Positions 9,191-19,910 of a stretch of 64,000 bases of DNA are shown here, piece after piece. Source of the DNA: Candidatus Eiseniibacteriota bacterium. GTDB lineage: Bacteria; Eisenbacteria; RBG-16-71-46; JABDJR01. Where the stretch lies: NCBI GenBank assembly GCA_963783375.1, contig CAWANH010000003.1, forward strand, positions 192,001-256,000. The letters are read 5' to 3'. Made by a program: the position numbers and the translations under genes. Each line of letters begins with the position of its first letter. Positions within the stretch are counted from its first letter, which is position 1. Below the pieces are notes generated by a model, which was not told the DNA's origin, made no database searches, and saw only the letters and a program-made list of their open reading frames with translations.

Positions 9191-10657
9191 TTGAAACGAA
9201 CCCATCGCCCCCTCACCGTAGCCGCCCTCCTGCTCGGCATGTTCATGGCCGCGGTGGAATTGACCATCGTCTCCACCGCCATGCCTTCGGTAATCGGGGA
9301 CCTCGGCGGCATCCGCCACTACTCCTGGGTCTTCACCGGATACCTCCTGGCCTCGACCCTGACCGTCCCCCTCTACGGGAAGCTGGCCGACCTCTACGGC
9401 CGGAAACCCATCATGCTATTCGGAACCGCCCTGTTCCTGATCGGTTCCACCGCCAGCGGCTTGTCCGGTTCCATGAATCAGCTCATCGTATCCCGGACGA
9501 TCCAGGGGCTCGGCGCGGGGGCCATGCAGCCGGTGGCGCTCACCATCGTCGGGGACATCTTCAACCTGGAGGAGCGCGCCCGCATGCAGGGGCTCTTCGG
9601 CGCGGTGTGGGGACTGGCCGGGCTGGTGGGCCCGGTGCTGGGGGGCCTGATCGTGAAGACCCTGTCCTGGCACTGGGTCTTCTTCGTGAACATCCCCTTC
9701 GGACTTTCCTCGGCGGCGCTGCTGGTGATCGCCCTCCACGAGAACGTGGAGCGACGGCGCCACGCGCTGGACCTGGGAGGGGCGGGGCTCCTGGCCGGAG
9801 CGGTGGTGGCGCTCCTTCTCGGATCGGGCTCCCGGGACCTGGTGCTTCCGCTCGCCGTCGCCGGGGTGTTCTTCGCGCTCTTCATCGCGGTGGAGCGGCG
9901 GGTGGCCGAACCGATCCTGCCGCTGGACCTCTTCCGCCTCCCGGTGATGGCGGTGGGGAGCCTGGCCGGAATCCTGGTCGGGGGGGCGATGCTGGCCGCG
10001 GTTACCTACGTTCCCCTCTTCGTCCAGGGGGTGCTCAAGGGCTCCCCCACCCAGGCCGGAAGCGCCATCACCCCGATGGTGATCGGCTGGCCGATCGCCA
10101 GCGCGCTCGGAGGCCGGGTGCTTCCCCGGGTGGGCTACCGCCCGCTCATCTGGCTCGGTTTGACCCTGTCCCTGGGGGGTTCGATCGGTCTGGCGCTCAC
10201 CACCCGGCCGGGCATGGGGCTCACGGGAGTCCGCTGGTCCATGGCCGCCTTCGGGGCGGGCCTCGGCTTCGCCAACACCGCGCTCCTGATCGCGGTCCAG
10301 ACCAGCGTGGCCTGGAAGCAGCGCGGGGTGGCCACCGCCAGCACCATGTTCTTCCGGAGCATCGGGGGGGCGCTGGCCATCGGGGTCACCGGCGGAGTGC
10401 TGGCCCGGGCCCTGGCCGCCGATCCCTCGATCCCCGTCGAGGCGGCGAACCGGCTCCTTGGTCCGGGCCACGGGCGGACCCTCTCCCCCGACGTCCTGCA
10501 TCGCCTGGCCGAGGCCCTGACCCACGGCCTCGACCGCGTCTTCTGGATCATCTGCGGCCTGGCCGCCGGCGCCCTCATCTCGACCTTCTTCTTCCCCAAG
10601 CTCTCGACGCGGATGGAGGAGGACGTGACCCCCGTCGCCGCCGCTCCGGCCGAGTGA
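9191..10657 (+). CDS. MFS drug:H+ antiporter (DHA2/EmrB-QacA-like)
   Basis: TIVSTAMP, GKLADLYGRK, RTIQGLGAG, GPVLGG, WHWVFFVNIP; ORF-track start lies inside the tRNA so the TTG at 9191 is used (approximate). Confidence 0.9.
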   Translation: MKRTHRPLTVAALLLGMFMAAVELTIVSTAMPSVIGDLGGIRHYSWVFTGYLLASTLTVPLYGKLADLYGRKPIMLFGTALFLIGSTASGLSGSMNQLIVSRTIQGLGAGAMQPVALTIVGDIFNLEERARMQGLFGAVWGLAGLVGPVLGGLIVKTLSWHWVFFVNIPFGLSSAALLVIALHENVERRRHALDLGGAGLLAGAVVALLLGSGSRDLVLPLAVAGVFFALFIAVERRVAEPILPLDLFRLPVMAVGSLAGILVGGAMLAAVTYVPLFVQGVLKGSPTQAGSAITPMVIGWPIASALGGRVLPRVGYRPLIWLGLTLSLGGSIGLALTTRPGMGLTGVRWSMAAFGAGLGFANTALLIAVQTSVAWKQRGVATASTMFFRSIGGALAIGVTGGVLARALAADPSIPVEAANRLLGPGHGRTLSPDVLHRLAEALTHGLDRVFWIICGLAAGALISTFFFPKLSTRMEEDVTPVAAAPAE

Positions 10658-10666
10658 CCGCCGGCC

Positions 10667-12610
10667 TCAGCGCGCGAGCACCATCCGCACCGCCCGGGTC
10701 ACCCCCGCCGCGTCGAGCCGGGCCAGATACATTCCCGCGGCCAGCCGCCGTCCCGCCTCGTCCCGCCCGTCCCAGGTCAGCTCGTGGTCGCCGGCGCCCA
10801 GCGGACCGTCCACCAGGGTGGCCACCCGCCGCCCGGCCACGTCGTAGACCCGGACGGTGGCCGCGGACGCTTTCGGCAGGTAGAAGCGGAGGCGGGTGGA
10901 GGGACTGAAGGGGTTGGGGGCGTTGGGATAGAGCCGCGGCCCCGAGATCACCGTCCCCGGCTCCCCCACCGCGGTGGTCACCGAGTAGATGACGTCCAGG
11001 AACGGCGCCGCCGTCCCCACCACGTCGGCCACGGTGGGAAGTCCGGTGGCCGCGGGCGGCCCCGCGTCGCCGTCCTGGAAAAGCACGTAGTCGGCCACGG
11101 CGTCCGGGCTGATGGCGGGGAAGGAGAGCCGGACCTGGGTGAGCCCCTGGTCGTTGATCGCGGCCAGGCCCGAGGCGTCAAGGTCCACCCGGATCGCGTA
11201 GCCGTCGGCCCGGGCGGAGCCGATGACCGCGCCGGCGTCGGGCGCGTCGGCGGGGGCGGTGGCGTCGGCGGGCTCGATCGCGGCCGCGCCGAAGGTGCCC
11301 CGGGCGACGTCCACCACCGGCGTTCCCTGGGCCCCGGAGGTGAAGGGGTCGGTTCCCGCCGCCCCCTTCCTCAGGAGATAGATGCTGGCCTTTTCGATGG
11401 TCGCCCCATCCGGTATCCCCGAGGTGTCGAAGGTGAGGATGCCGCGTACGGGCGCCTGTCCGTTGTCCCCCACCCGCACTCCCTCGGTGCCGGTGGCCGT
11501 CCCGTCGGTCCAACCGTCGTCGGTCCCGCCGGCGGCGAAGAGGGTGGCGGTGGGCTCGCCCCGGAAGGCGGGGAAGAAGGTGAATTCGGTCTGGTTGGCG
11601 ATCTTGTACTGGTAGCCGTCGTAGTTCAGGTGGATGGGGTCGGCGTCGATGTTGTTGGGCTTCCGGAAGTTGCTCCGGAGGGTGGGGCGAAGGGGATTTC
11701 CGCCGGGGAAGGGGATGTAGCCGGGGGGCGTTTCCCCCGGGCGCGGGAGGGTGCGCGGAGCCGAGACCCCGTCCCCGTAGAAGTAGTGCATGAGCCCCAC
11801 CGCGTTGTCGTAGAGGACGCGGGGATCGGCGTTCACCCAGCCGATCCGCTGCGACTCCACCGTCACCATCATCTGGTTGATCTCCTGGTCGGTGATGAGG
11901 TCGTTGGCGGGGTCGCGGCTCAGGTCGCGCCGTTTTGGGCAGGCGTACACGAAGCACCAGAAACCGACGTTGAAGTTCGGGTAGTCGTAGCTCGAGAGGA
12001 GCACCTGGAGGTCCGGCCGCACCGCGAGCGCGGAGTCGATGATGGCCTGGGTGTCCTGGTGGATGCGGTCGAAAAGGGCGGCCTCGGACCCGGGAACGTC
12101 GAGGTCCATGTCCTTGTACCACCCGCCGTCCGGCTTCCCGGCCAACATGTCGTTCCCGTCGATCGAGAGCATGACGTAATCGATGGTGGGGTTGTCCTGG
12201 AGCGCCACCACCATGTTGTGGATCCAGGGGTAGTTGGCGGTGTCCACCCACTGCCGCGCTTCGCTTCCGGAGATGGCGTACTCGGGACCGGTGTATCCGG
12301 GACCGGGATCCGAGCCCAGGGATCGGCTGAGGGCCAGCTTGTCCGCCTGTCCGAAGCGGTCGAAGATGTCGTTGTGGGAGCCGTCGTCCCACATGTACTG
12401 GGCCCAGCTGTCCCCGGCCAGGAGCACCCGGGGGACCGCGATCGGGGATGCGGCCAGGGGGGTCTTGGCGTCGGGGTTCACCGGCCGCCGGTCCTCCAGG
12501 ACGCTTCGGTCCTGGGCCGAGGCCGCGGAGCCGGCGAACAGGGTCCCGGCGAGGAGGAAGGCCGCGGCGAACGGCCATGCGGAACGAAGGGAGCGGCAGC
12601 TGGGTTTCAT
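10667..12610 (-). CDS. Secreted SGNH/GDSL hydrolase with beta-rich middle domain and C-terminal FlgD-Ig/T9SS-like domain
   Basis: Signal peptide from MKPSCR; LAGDSW, DGND, DPIH blocks; C-terminal PNAPNPF...VYDVAGRRV...WDGRD..G...G.Y..RL. Confidence 0.8.
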   Translation of the reverse strand: MKPSCRSLRSAWPFAAAFLLAGTLFAGSAASAQDRSVLEDRRPVNPDAKTPLAASPIAVPRVLLAGDSWAQYMWDDGSHNDIFDRFGQADKLALSRSLGSDPGPGYTGPEYAISGSEARQWVDTANYPWIHNMVVALQDNPTIDYVMLSIDGNDMLAGKPDGGWYKDMDLDVPGSEAALFDRIHQDTQAIIDSALAVRPDLQVLLSSYDYPNFNVGFWCFVYACPKRRDLSRDPANDLITDQEINQMMVTVESQRIGWVNADPRVLYDNAVGLMHYFYGDGVSAPRTLPRPGETPPGYIPFPGGNPLRPTLRSNFRKPNNIDADPIHLNYDGYQYKIANQTEFTFFPAFRGEPTATLFAAGGTDDGWTDGTATGTEGVRVGDNGQAPVRGILTFDTSGIPDGATIEKASIYLLRKGAAGTDPFTSGAQGTPVVDVARGTFGAAAIEPADATAPADAPDAGAVIGSARADGYAIRVDLDASGLAAINDQGLTQVRLSFPAISPDAVADYVLFQDGDAGPPAATGLPTVADVVGTAAPFLDVIYSVTTAVGEPGTVISGPRLYPNAPNPFSPSTRLRFYLPKASAATVRVYDVAGRRVATLVDGPLGAGDHELTWDGRDEAGRRLAAGMYLARLDAAGVTRAVRMVLAR

Positions 12611-12885
12611 CGGGTGCGTCCTGTGGCTGTCCGGCCCCGCACCGCTCTGGAGGCGGCGGGCCGGGGCGACCTCTGAAGGCGGGGCGCGGCCCGAGGCGGC
12701 GGCCCCCGAATCCCTTAGTTTAGCTCCCCGGCTCGGCTGGACAAAGCGACATCCCCGGAACCGTACGCTTGTTGTAAGCTGCAAAATTGGCGCCTACCGG
12801 ACGCCTTCGAGCGGTTTCCGGTCCGTTTCCGTGTTCTTGGGTCGGGGCCACCGAGTGGATCCGGTGGGCTCACGGTGGTATCCAG

Positions 12886-15186
12886 GTGAACGCTCGTACC
12901 GGCCCGGTCGCGGGAACCGCCCGCAACCCGGGGCTTCGTCTCCTCGCCGATCCGCTCAACCTGCTCGCCCTCGTCACCCTCCTGGTCTGGGGGGCGATCG
13001 CGGTCTTCCACCGCCCCGTCGGGGACTACGCGGTCGAGACCGACTTCTACGGCGATTTCGTTCGCTACGCCCGTGAGTTCATGCAAGGCGAGCTGCGGGT
13101 CTTCGACGGCTACCGGGGGCCCTTCTACTACGCGCTCCTCGGCGTCTTCGGGGAACTCACCGGGAACTACTTTCTCGTGGGGAAGGTGTTCTCGGTAGCT
13201 GGCCGCCGCGGTCTCGGTGCGGCTCGCGGGGGGAATCGTGCGGCGGTGGTGGGGGCCGGCGGCGGGGCTGGCCGCAGCGCTGTTCCTCGCCGGAAACTCC
13301 ATCATCATCCATCACTCGTTCCGCGCCTGCACGGATCTCGTCTTCTTTGCCCTCTTCCTCGGGACGCTGACCCTGGTTCTCCGCCAGCCGTCCCCCCGAC
13401 CCCGCATCTGGGCGGGCGCGGGGGCCCTGGCCGGCGCCGCCTGGCTCACCCGCTACACCGGAGCCGTCCTCTTTCCCGCGGGGCTGCTGGCTCTGGTCCT
13501 TCTCGTCCGCCCTCGGAGGCGAATGCTTCTATCCGCGCTGGCCTTCGCCGGCGCCGCCTTCCTGGTGGTCGCGCCCTGGTCGTTTCATCTCTGGCGCCTG
13601 ACCGGCGATCCGTTCTGGAACAACAACTACCAGAACGTGGCCATCGACGTGTACGCGAGCACCCCCGCCACCGCTCAACAGGGCCGTTTCATGGCTCGGG
13701 TCGGGTTCTCCTCGTTGGCCGAGGTCTGGCGCGTGGATCCCCCGCGGGTCCTGTCCGCGTTTCTGGCCAACGCCACCCACCACGTGCTCGAGGACGCGAA
13801 GCAGTTGGTGGGGGTGGCGTGGGCGGCGGCCGCGGTGCCGGGGTTCTTCCTGGTCTTCGTCCGCCGGCGTCGGCGCCTCGACGCGGCGTTCGCCGGCGCC
13901 GGGTTTCTCACCTACCTGGGGTTGGTGCCCGCCTTCTACGATCCCCGATTCATGATACCCCTCCTCCTCTGGTGGAGCGCGGGGGTGGGCGTGACGGCCG
14001 CCGTCTTGGGGTCGGCCCTACGGGGATCCCCTCCCGGGGAACCCACCGGGCAGAGGGATCGGAAGCGGAGGCGGCGATCCGCGCCGATCCGGACGACGGT
14101 CCTGGCCTGGGCTCCGGTGATGGTGGTTCTGGCCCTGACCGTGCCCGCCAACCTGCGCGAGATCCGGGCGGCCCTCGACCTCCACCAGTGGAGCGCCTCC
14201 CCCTTGGAGCTGGTGCGCCTCGCCGAATCGGCCCGGCGGTCCGGCTACACGTTCGATGCCACCACCCCCATCGCCGCCCGAAAGCCCCAGATCGGCTACC
14301 TCCTCGGTGCCCCGGTCATCCCGATCCCCCTCGGCCCCCTCTCCAGACTGCGGGAGGTGGGCGCGCATTACTGCCTGGTCTCGGGGATCGAGGTGAGTAC
14401 CTATCCCTCGTTGGAGGAATTCTATCGAGTGTCCAAGGAGAAGGCGGCAGCGAAGGGGTTGACCCTGGTGGCCCGGGTCGCGGTCCCGGTCGGGAATGGA
14501 GAACGGCGGCTGGCGTCCCTGTTCGCGGTGAACGACCCGCTCCCCTGGAAGCGCCCCGCCCCCGGACCGGTGGTCGCGGAGCGTGAGGTTACCCCCGGCC
14601 TCTCCCGGATCGACACCCTGAGGCAGCGCCTGGCCACGTGGTACACGGTCTGGGACCCCGCCCAGTCGGTGGGACGCGTCCTGGGGCGGATGTCTCCCGA
14701 GGCCCTCGAGACCCCCCCATGCTTCGCCTTCGCGGCGACGAGGCCTTGCACCGGCGCCAACCGGCGGAAGCCGATTCGCTCTACCGGATCGCCGCCGCAC
14801 GGGACACCACCGACCTCGAGATCCTCCTACGGCTGGCCGGGGCCGCCTACCTGGGGAAGCGCCACGAGGACTACCTTGGGGCTTTGGCAGTCTATGCCGC
14901 CGAAAGTTACCCGGACAGCCGGGGATCCGAGCGGGAGTGGTTCGAGCTGGGCTACCGCCTGCGCTCGGTCGGCGACTACCCCGCCGCGGTGGCCCCGCTG
15001 GCCCGAAGCATCGAGCTGGGTAGGCAGGGCCATCCGGAGGAGTTGAAGTACCTGGGCGAGGCCCTACTCGGGCTCCAGTGGCTGGAGGAGGGACGTACTC
15101 TACTCTCCCGGTACCTGGAGCTGGTCCCCGACGACCGGAGTACGCGACGGGAGTTGGAGACCCTGAAACGGGCGGACTCCCCGTGA
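12886..15186 (+). CDS. GT-C fold (ArnT/PMT-like, GT39/83) membrane glycosyltransferase with C-terminal TPR-like region; two apparent frameshifts
   Basis: Three frames join: N-term with ETDFY...YRGPFYY; multi-TM part with TDLVFFAL, AGAAWLTRY, PRFMIP; TPR-like tail. Shifts near 13198 and at C7 run 14712-14718. Confidence 0.72.
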
Positions 15187-15378
15187 GCCGTTGACCCGGC
15201 CCCCCGGCGGCGAGGACGCGCGCGGGCTCCCGGAGATCCCGGTTGCGGAGACCCGCCCCGGACCGAGGGGGGTGCCGCATTGATCCCCACTCCCCGGATC
15301 CTGCCCGCGCTACTTTCCGGGAGGATATCCGGGACCCCGGTGATCGCCGGGCCGGGAGGCGAACCCCTGGGGTAAGAA

Positions 15379-15412
15379 GCGGGCGGAGTTCACCCGGGTG
15401 AACTCCGCCCGC
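15379..15412. terminator. Perfect 34-bp palindrome between convergent genes, candidate terminator hairpin
   Basis: GCGGGCGGAGTTCACCC|GGGTGAACTCCGCCCGC, 20 nt after the lamin-tail gene stop; TTCTT follows on minus strand. Confidence 0.7.
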
Positions 15413-15432
15413 CCGTCAACCCGACTGAGCCA

Positions 15433-16070
15433 TCAGTACAGTCGCTTCAGAAGCCCCCAGGTGGAAGTTTCGACCGGGGTGGTGCAGGAGGCGGTCTCCC
15501 CGGCGACGGGAGGCAACCCGTCCCCGCGGGGAGATCGGTGCCGTCGTAGGGGTTCATGCCGTCGAACACCTTCCAGGTCTCGGCCCCGTCCGGGTAGCGG
15601 CCGGTGCTCCGGTCGTCCTCGGCTTCGTGGTCGGCGTAGGTGTAGCAGTCGGCCAGCACCGTGTCCTCGCCGGCGATCCGCCAGAGCCCGATGTAGCCCC
15701 CGGTGTTCCCCAGGCGAAGCCCGTAGGCCGGCTCGCCGTTCGCCTGTTCCCAGGCATAGCTCTGGCTCCCGTACACCACCGTCACCGCGCCCGGGTCGAG
15801 CGTGCCCGAGAACTCGTAGCGCCACGAGGTGTCCGCTCCGGCCAGGCGGAACCCGGCCAACGACACCGAGGACGGGCCGGTGTTCACGATCTCCACCCAT
15901 TCGTCGTCGCGGAAGCTGTAGGTCGAGTCGCCGTCCCAGTCGCCGGCCGGGTCGGCCATGATCTCGTTCACCAGGACCTGGCCGCAGGCGGGCGCCGCCG
16001 ACCCGGCCAGGGCCGGGAGGATCAGCGCCAGGGCGAGGGCCGCCACCGGAGCTAGCTTCATCATCTGCAT
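15433..16070 (-). CDS. Secreted lamin-tail-domain protein ending in TWGLLKRLY; one apparent frameshift near 15500
   Basis: Signal peptide; VLVNEIMADP, DEWVEIVN, LGNTGG, STGRYPDG, PSPG; one extra G in the G4 run gives PGETASCTTPVETSTWGLLKRLY*. Confidence 0.8.
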
Positions 16071-16237
16071 GGATCTCTCCGTGTTCCGGACGGAGGGATT
16101 CGGGAGGTGGACGCGGACGGAGGATCACGGGAATCGGGCGGCGGTGGGCGGAAAGACCGGCTATGTGCGCGGGCGGGTAGGGGCGGCGGCGTCCCGGGCC
16201 GCCCCCGGCGGGGCGGCCCGGCGCCGGGAACCGAGGG

Positions 16238-17410
16238 CTAGACCTTCTTCGCCACCCCCACGAAGGAGGCGATGCGGTCCAGGGCCTTGTCGATGTTCTC
16301 GATGGAGTTGGCATAGGAGAAGCGCAGGTGCCCCTCGCCCATGGCCCCGAAGGCGGTGCCGCTCAGGGCCGCCACCCCGTACTCGTCCAGGAGCTGGTCG
16401 GCCACGTCCTTCGAGGGACGGCCCAGCTCCCGCACGTCGGGGAAGACGTAGAACGCCCCCTCGGGAGCAGGCAGCTGATGCCCTCGATCTCGTTCAGCCC
16501 CTCCACCAGGTGGTCGCGGCGCTTCAGGAACTCGTCGCACATGCGCCGGGCCTCGTCCTGGGGGCCGGTGAGGGCCTCCATCCCCGCCCGCTGGATGAAG
16601 GTGGCGGTGCAGGAATTGCAGTTGGTGGCGAGCTGGGCCACCTTCTGGGCCAGGGCTTCCGGCATGACCCCGTAGCCCAGGCGCCAGCCGGTCATGGCGT
16701 AGGTCTTGGAGAACCCGTCCAGGAGCATCGTGCGTCGAGCATCCCCGGCTCGGCCGTGATCGAGCGTGCTGCCCTCGTAGATCATCTTGGAGTAGATCTC
16801 GTCGGAGAGGACCCAGACGTCGGGATACTCGCGGAGGATCTCGGCGATCGGGCGGAGATCCTCGGCGGGCAGCAGCCGCCGGTCGGGTTCTGCGGCGAGT
16901 TGATGATGAGGAGCCGGTCTTGGCCGAGAGCTTGTCGCGAACCTCGTCCAGATCGAGACGGAATCGTTCTCCTGCTTCAGGGCCAGCGGCACCGCCTTCG
17001 CCCCGATGTAGTTGATCACCGACTCGTAGATCGGAAACCCGGGATTGGGGTAGAGGGCCTCGTCGCCGGGGTCGAGGAGCGCGATCATGGTGTAGAACAT
17101 GATCGGCTTCGCGCCGGGGGTGACCACCACGTTGGCCGGGCCGGCCTTGATCCCGCGGTCGGTCGGCGATGTACTCGGCGATCGCCTCCCGGAACTCCGG
17201 AAGCCCCGCCGAGGGGCCGTAGTGGGTATAGCCGGCATCGAGGGCCTTCTTGGCCGCCTCGATGATGTTCGCCGGCGTGTCGAAGTCGGGCTCGCCGATC
17301 TCGAGGTGGACGACGTCCCGCCCCTTCGCCTCCAACGCCTTGGCCCGCGCCAGCACCTCGAACGCGGTCTCCGTTCCCAGTCGCTCCATCGCTTTGGCAA
17401 AGCTCGGCAT
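16238..17410 (-). CDS. PLP-dependent aminotransferase class I/II (aspartate aminotransferase-like); several apparent frameshifts
   Basis: Motifs spread over frames: IGEPDFDTP, GYTHYGPSAGLPEFREAIA, VVVTPGAK, SDEIY, DGFSKTYAMTGWRLGY, PEGAFYVFP, LRFSYA. Confidence 0.88.
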   Translation of the reverse strand: MPSFAKAMERLGTETAFEVLARAKALEAKGRDVVHLEIGEPDFDTPANIIEAAKKALDAGYTHYGPSAGLPEFREAIAEYIADRPRDQGRPGQRGGHPRREADHVLHHDRAPRPRRRGPLPQSRVSDLRVGDQLHRGEGGAAGPEAGERFRLDLDEVRDKLSAKTGSSSSTRRRTRPAAAARRGSPPDRRDPPRVSRRLGPLRRDLLQDDLRGQHARSRPSRGCSTHDAPGRVLQDLRHDRLAPGLRGHAGSPGPEGGPARHQLQFLHRHLHPAGGDGGPHRPPGRGPAHVRRVPEAPRPPGGGAERDRGHQLPAPEGAFYVFPDVRELGRPSKDVADQLLDEYGVAALSGTAFGAMGEGHLRFSYANSIENIDKALDRIASFVGVAKKV

Positions 17411-17481
17411 GATCCACCCCTCCGAAAATGCCCCTCGGTACACTTTTAACCCCTTGAGACTAGGCACCTTGCGGAGCCGGG

Positions 17482-19137
17482 TCAAGCCCAACCGGCATAT
17501 CGCCGGCCCCGCGATCCGGAAACATCTCCGGACCATCCGCCTCCCCAACCGGCGCGGACAGCGCCCACGGTTTCCCAGCCTCCCTCGATCGCGTCCACCG
17601 AGGCCTCGAACCCCCACCCCCCGAACGGGATGCGGGTCCACGCCCCCACCCGGCCGCCGGGACCCGGCGATCCCAGCCGTAGAGCCCTCCCGCCCGCCGG
17701 CGGTACCACCAGAGATCGGGGGCCTCCCCGCCGGCCTCGGCCAGGGCCGCCCGCACCTCCCACTCGACCGTCCCCCTTCGCCCGAACCGGATCGCGGTGA
17801 GCCGGCTCTCGCCCCCCGCCGCGCTTCGCTCGTCGACCCCAAGGCTTCCCCGCCAGGGGCGGGCCGCGATCTGAGTCCGGCCCGGATGAGTCCCCTCCCG
17901 GCCGCTTCCATCCTCCGGAAAGCCGTCGGCCCGACGATCGGTGACCCGCCAGAGGAAGCCGGCCCGCACGCCTCGGGAGAATCGCTCCCCCACCTCCACC
18001 AGGCGGAGCGCTTCCCGGCGGCCCCAGGAGCCGCCCCGGGTCTCCGGGCCGCGCCCCTCCTCGAAACTCGCCCGGAGGAACCGCGCGGGACCGCCCTGCC
18101 AGCGGCCTTCGAAGCGAAGGACCGCGACCTCCAGCCCGCGGGCCGGCGCCAGGCCCGAATCTCGGGGACGGCGTAGCCCGGGCCCATCCGGACCAGGCTG
18201 GCCCCCAGCCGCCAGGGTCCCGAGGCCAACCGCCAGGCGCCTCCCACCGCCTCGCCACCGCCCCCGCGGCTCCACTCCCCGCTCCAGGTTCCGGGCCCGG
18301 CCGGGGCCACCCCCCACCACCGTCCCGGACCACTCCCGCCCCCGGCGAAGGAGACCGGCCCCCACGTACCCCTCGGACACGCGGCGACGGACGGTCACCG
18401 TCTCCCACCCCCTCCGGCCGAGGTCCCCGTCGGATAGCGTGACCCGGCCGCGAAGGTGGGCCGCCTCCACCGTCCACCCCCACCCCTCCCGGCGGACCGA
18501 TGCCCCGGTCAGGGTCTCGGGATCCGTGGCTAGGGTGGGCCTCCAACCTCCCGAGGCGCCCCGGAGGGGGGCGTTCCCGCGCGCCTCGGCCCCCGGGGTG
18601 GCGGCCAGGAGCCCCAGCCCGAGGCGAAGCCGGAGGCTCCCCACCCAAAGCGTCCATCCCCCGCGCCGAAGCCCCACCGCCCCTCGAAGGGTCCTCACCC
18701 CTCCCGGATCCAGCCGGAGCCGGGCGCGGGCTTCCGGGCCCGCCGGCGCCTCCACCGCGAGGCGCGCCTCCCGGCGGACCGCTCCCCGCCTCGCCCGAAC
18801 CGCCGTCTCCACGGACCCGTTCCAGGCCGCGGGGCGATCCGAATCACCCCCGGCCAGCACCAGACCCCACCCAGGTCCCGCCGGAGGTCCGGACCCAGGC
18901 CGGGCATCCCCTCCAGGTCCTCGGGGCTCCGGAGCGCCCCCGCATCGAAGCGCGCCAGGAGCCACGCCGTCTGCTCCGGGTCGAGACCGTAGCGCTCGGC
19001 CGCCCCTTCCACCGACACCTTCGACACCGGCTCGCAGTCCTCGGGCGCCTGGGCCCGCGACAACCCGGCCCCCGCGCACGGACCGCGACGTGAACCAGGA
19101 GCGCCGCCACCACCGCGACGATCATCCGCCGGCTCAT
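17482..19137 (-). CDS. Helix-hairpin-helix (ComEA-like) plus probable outer-membrane beta-barrel protein; at least three apparent frameshifts
   Basis: Signal-like N-term; ARFDAGALRSPEDLEGMPGLG HhH-like segment; WTLWVGSLRLRLGLGL and many amphipathic strands; spread over several ORF segments. Confidence 0.55.
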
Positions 19138-19910
19138 GGCCGCCTTCCTCCCACCACCCGTACCCGACGGACCGAGCCCAGAAGCGGATGGGCGACCTCG
19201 TCGGCCCGCAGTCCGACCGCCCCCAGGCTCCAGGCGATCCCGAGGTCGGCGGCGCCGCCGTCATAGGCCACGGTCCAGACCATCCCGGGCCGGAGCCGAA
19301 GCCCCAGGGCCAGGCGCGCCTCCCCGGCCCCCGGACCCAGGGTGAGCCCGCCCCACCAGGGGCGGAGCGCGGCGTCGATCTCCGCCCTCACCTCCGGCGC
19401 CCAGGCGGGCTCGCCGGGATGGAGCGACGCCCGTCCTCCCACCAGCACGGGTCCGAGCACCCGCGCCCGGAGATCGGCGGCCCCGCGAATCACCGCGTCC
19501 CGGCCCGAGGCCAGCCGGCCCGCCCCCAGGAAGATCCGAAGCCGCGGGGCGCGTCCGATCACTCCCCCCAGGAGGTCGTCGGCGGAAAGGCCCTCCGGGG
19601 AAGCCCAGTGGCGCCATCGCACCGTCCCCCCGAGGCCCCGGCCGGGCTCCACCGAACCCAGGAAGGTACCCTCGAGCTCCCCCGCGACCGCCTCCCGCGA
19701 GCGAACCCCCGCCTCCCAGTGAATCCCCGTCCCGACCCCCGCATCGGGGTCGAGAAGGTCCCAGGCGGTCCAGGGATCGTCCGTCGCCCCCTCCCCGGCC
19801 GACGCCCCCGCCCGGGCGGCCGGCGTCTCCCCGGCCGCCGCCACCAGACCGCTTTCGAGGGAGAGCGCCGCCACGAGCAGGAGAGCCGGGACCCGTGCCG
19901 GGCCCCTCAT
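19134..19910 (-). CDS. Hypothetical secreted protein, probable beta-barrel
   Basis: ATG at 19910 overlapping the upstream stop; signal peptide MRGPARVPALLLVAAL; amphipathic strands; near-terminal HPLLG. Confidence 0.55.
   Translation of the reverse strand: MRGPARVPALLLVAALSLESGLVAAAGETPAARAGASAGEGATDDPWTAWDLLDPDAGVGTGIHWEAGVRSREAVAGELEGTFLGSVEPGRGLGGTVRWRHWASPEGLSADDLLGGVIGRAPRLRIFLGAGRLASGRDAVIRGAADLRARVLGPVLVGGRASLHPGEPAWAPEVRAEIDAALRPWWGGLTLGPGAGEARLALGLRLRPGMVWTVAYDGGAADLGIAWSLGAVGLRADEVAHPLLGSVRRVRVVGGRRP

Noticed and set aside
9047-16070. Integrative island at tRNA-Leu
   Set aside because: No integrase and no duplicated tRNA 3' end found by eye
16238-17410. Programmed frameshifting or true pseudogene for the aminotransferase
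   Set aside because: Too many shifts, motifs intact and neighbours affected alike; sequencing error is simpler, though unproven without reads
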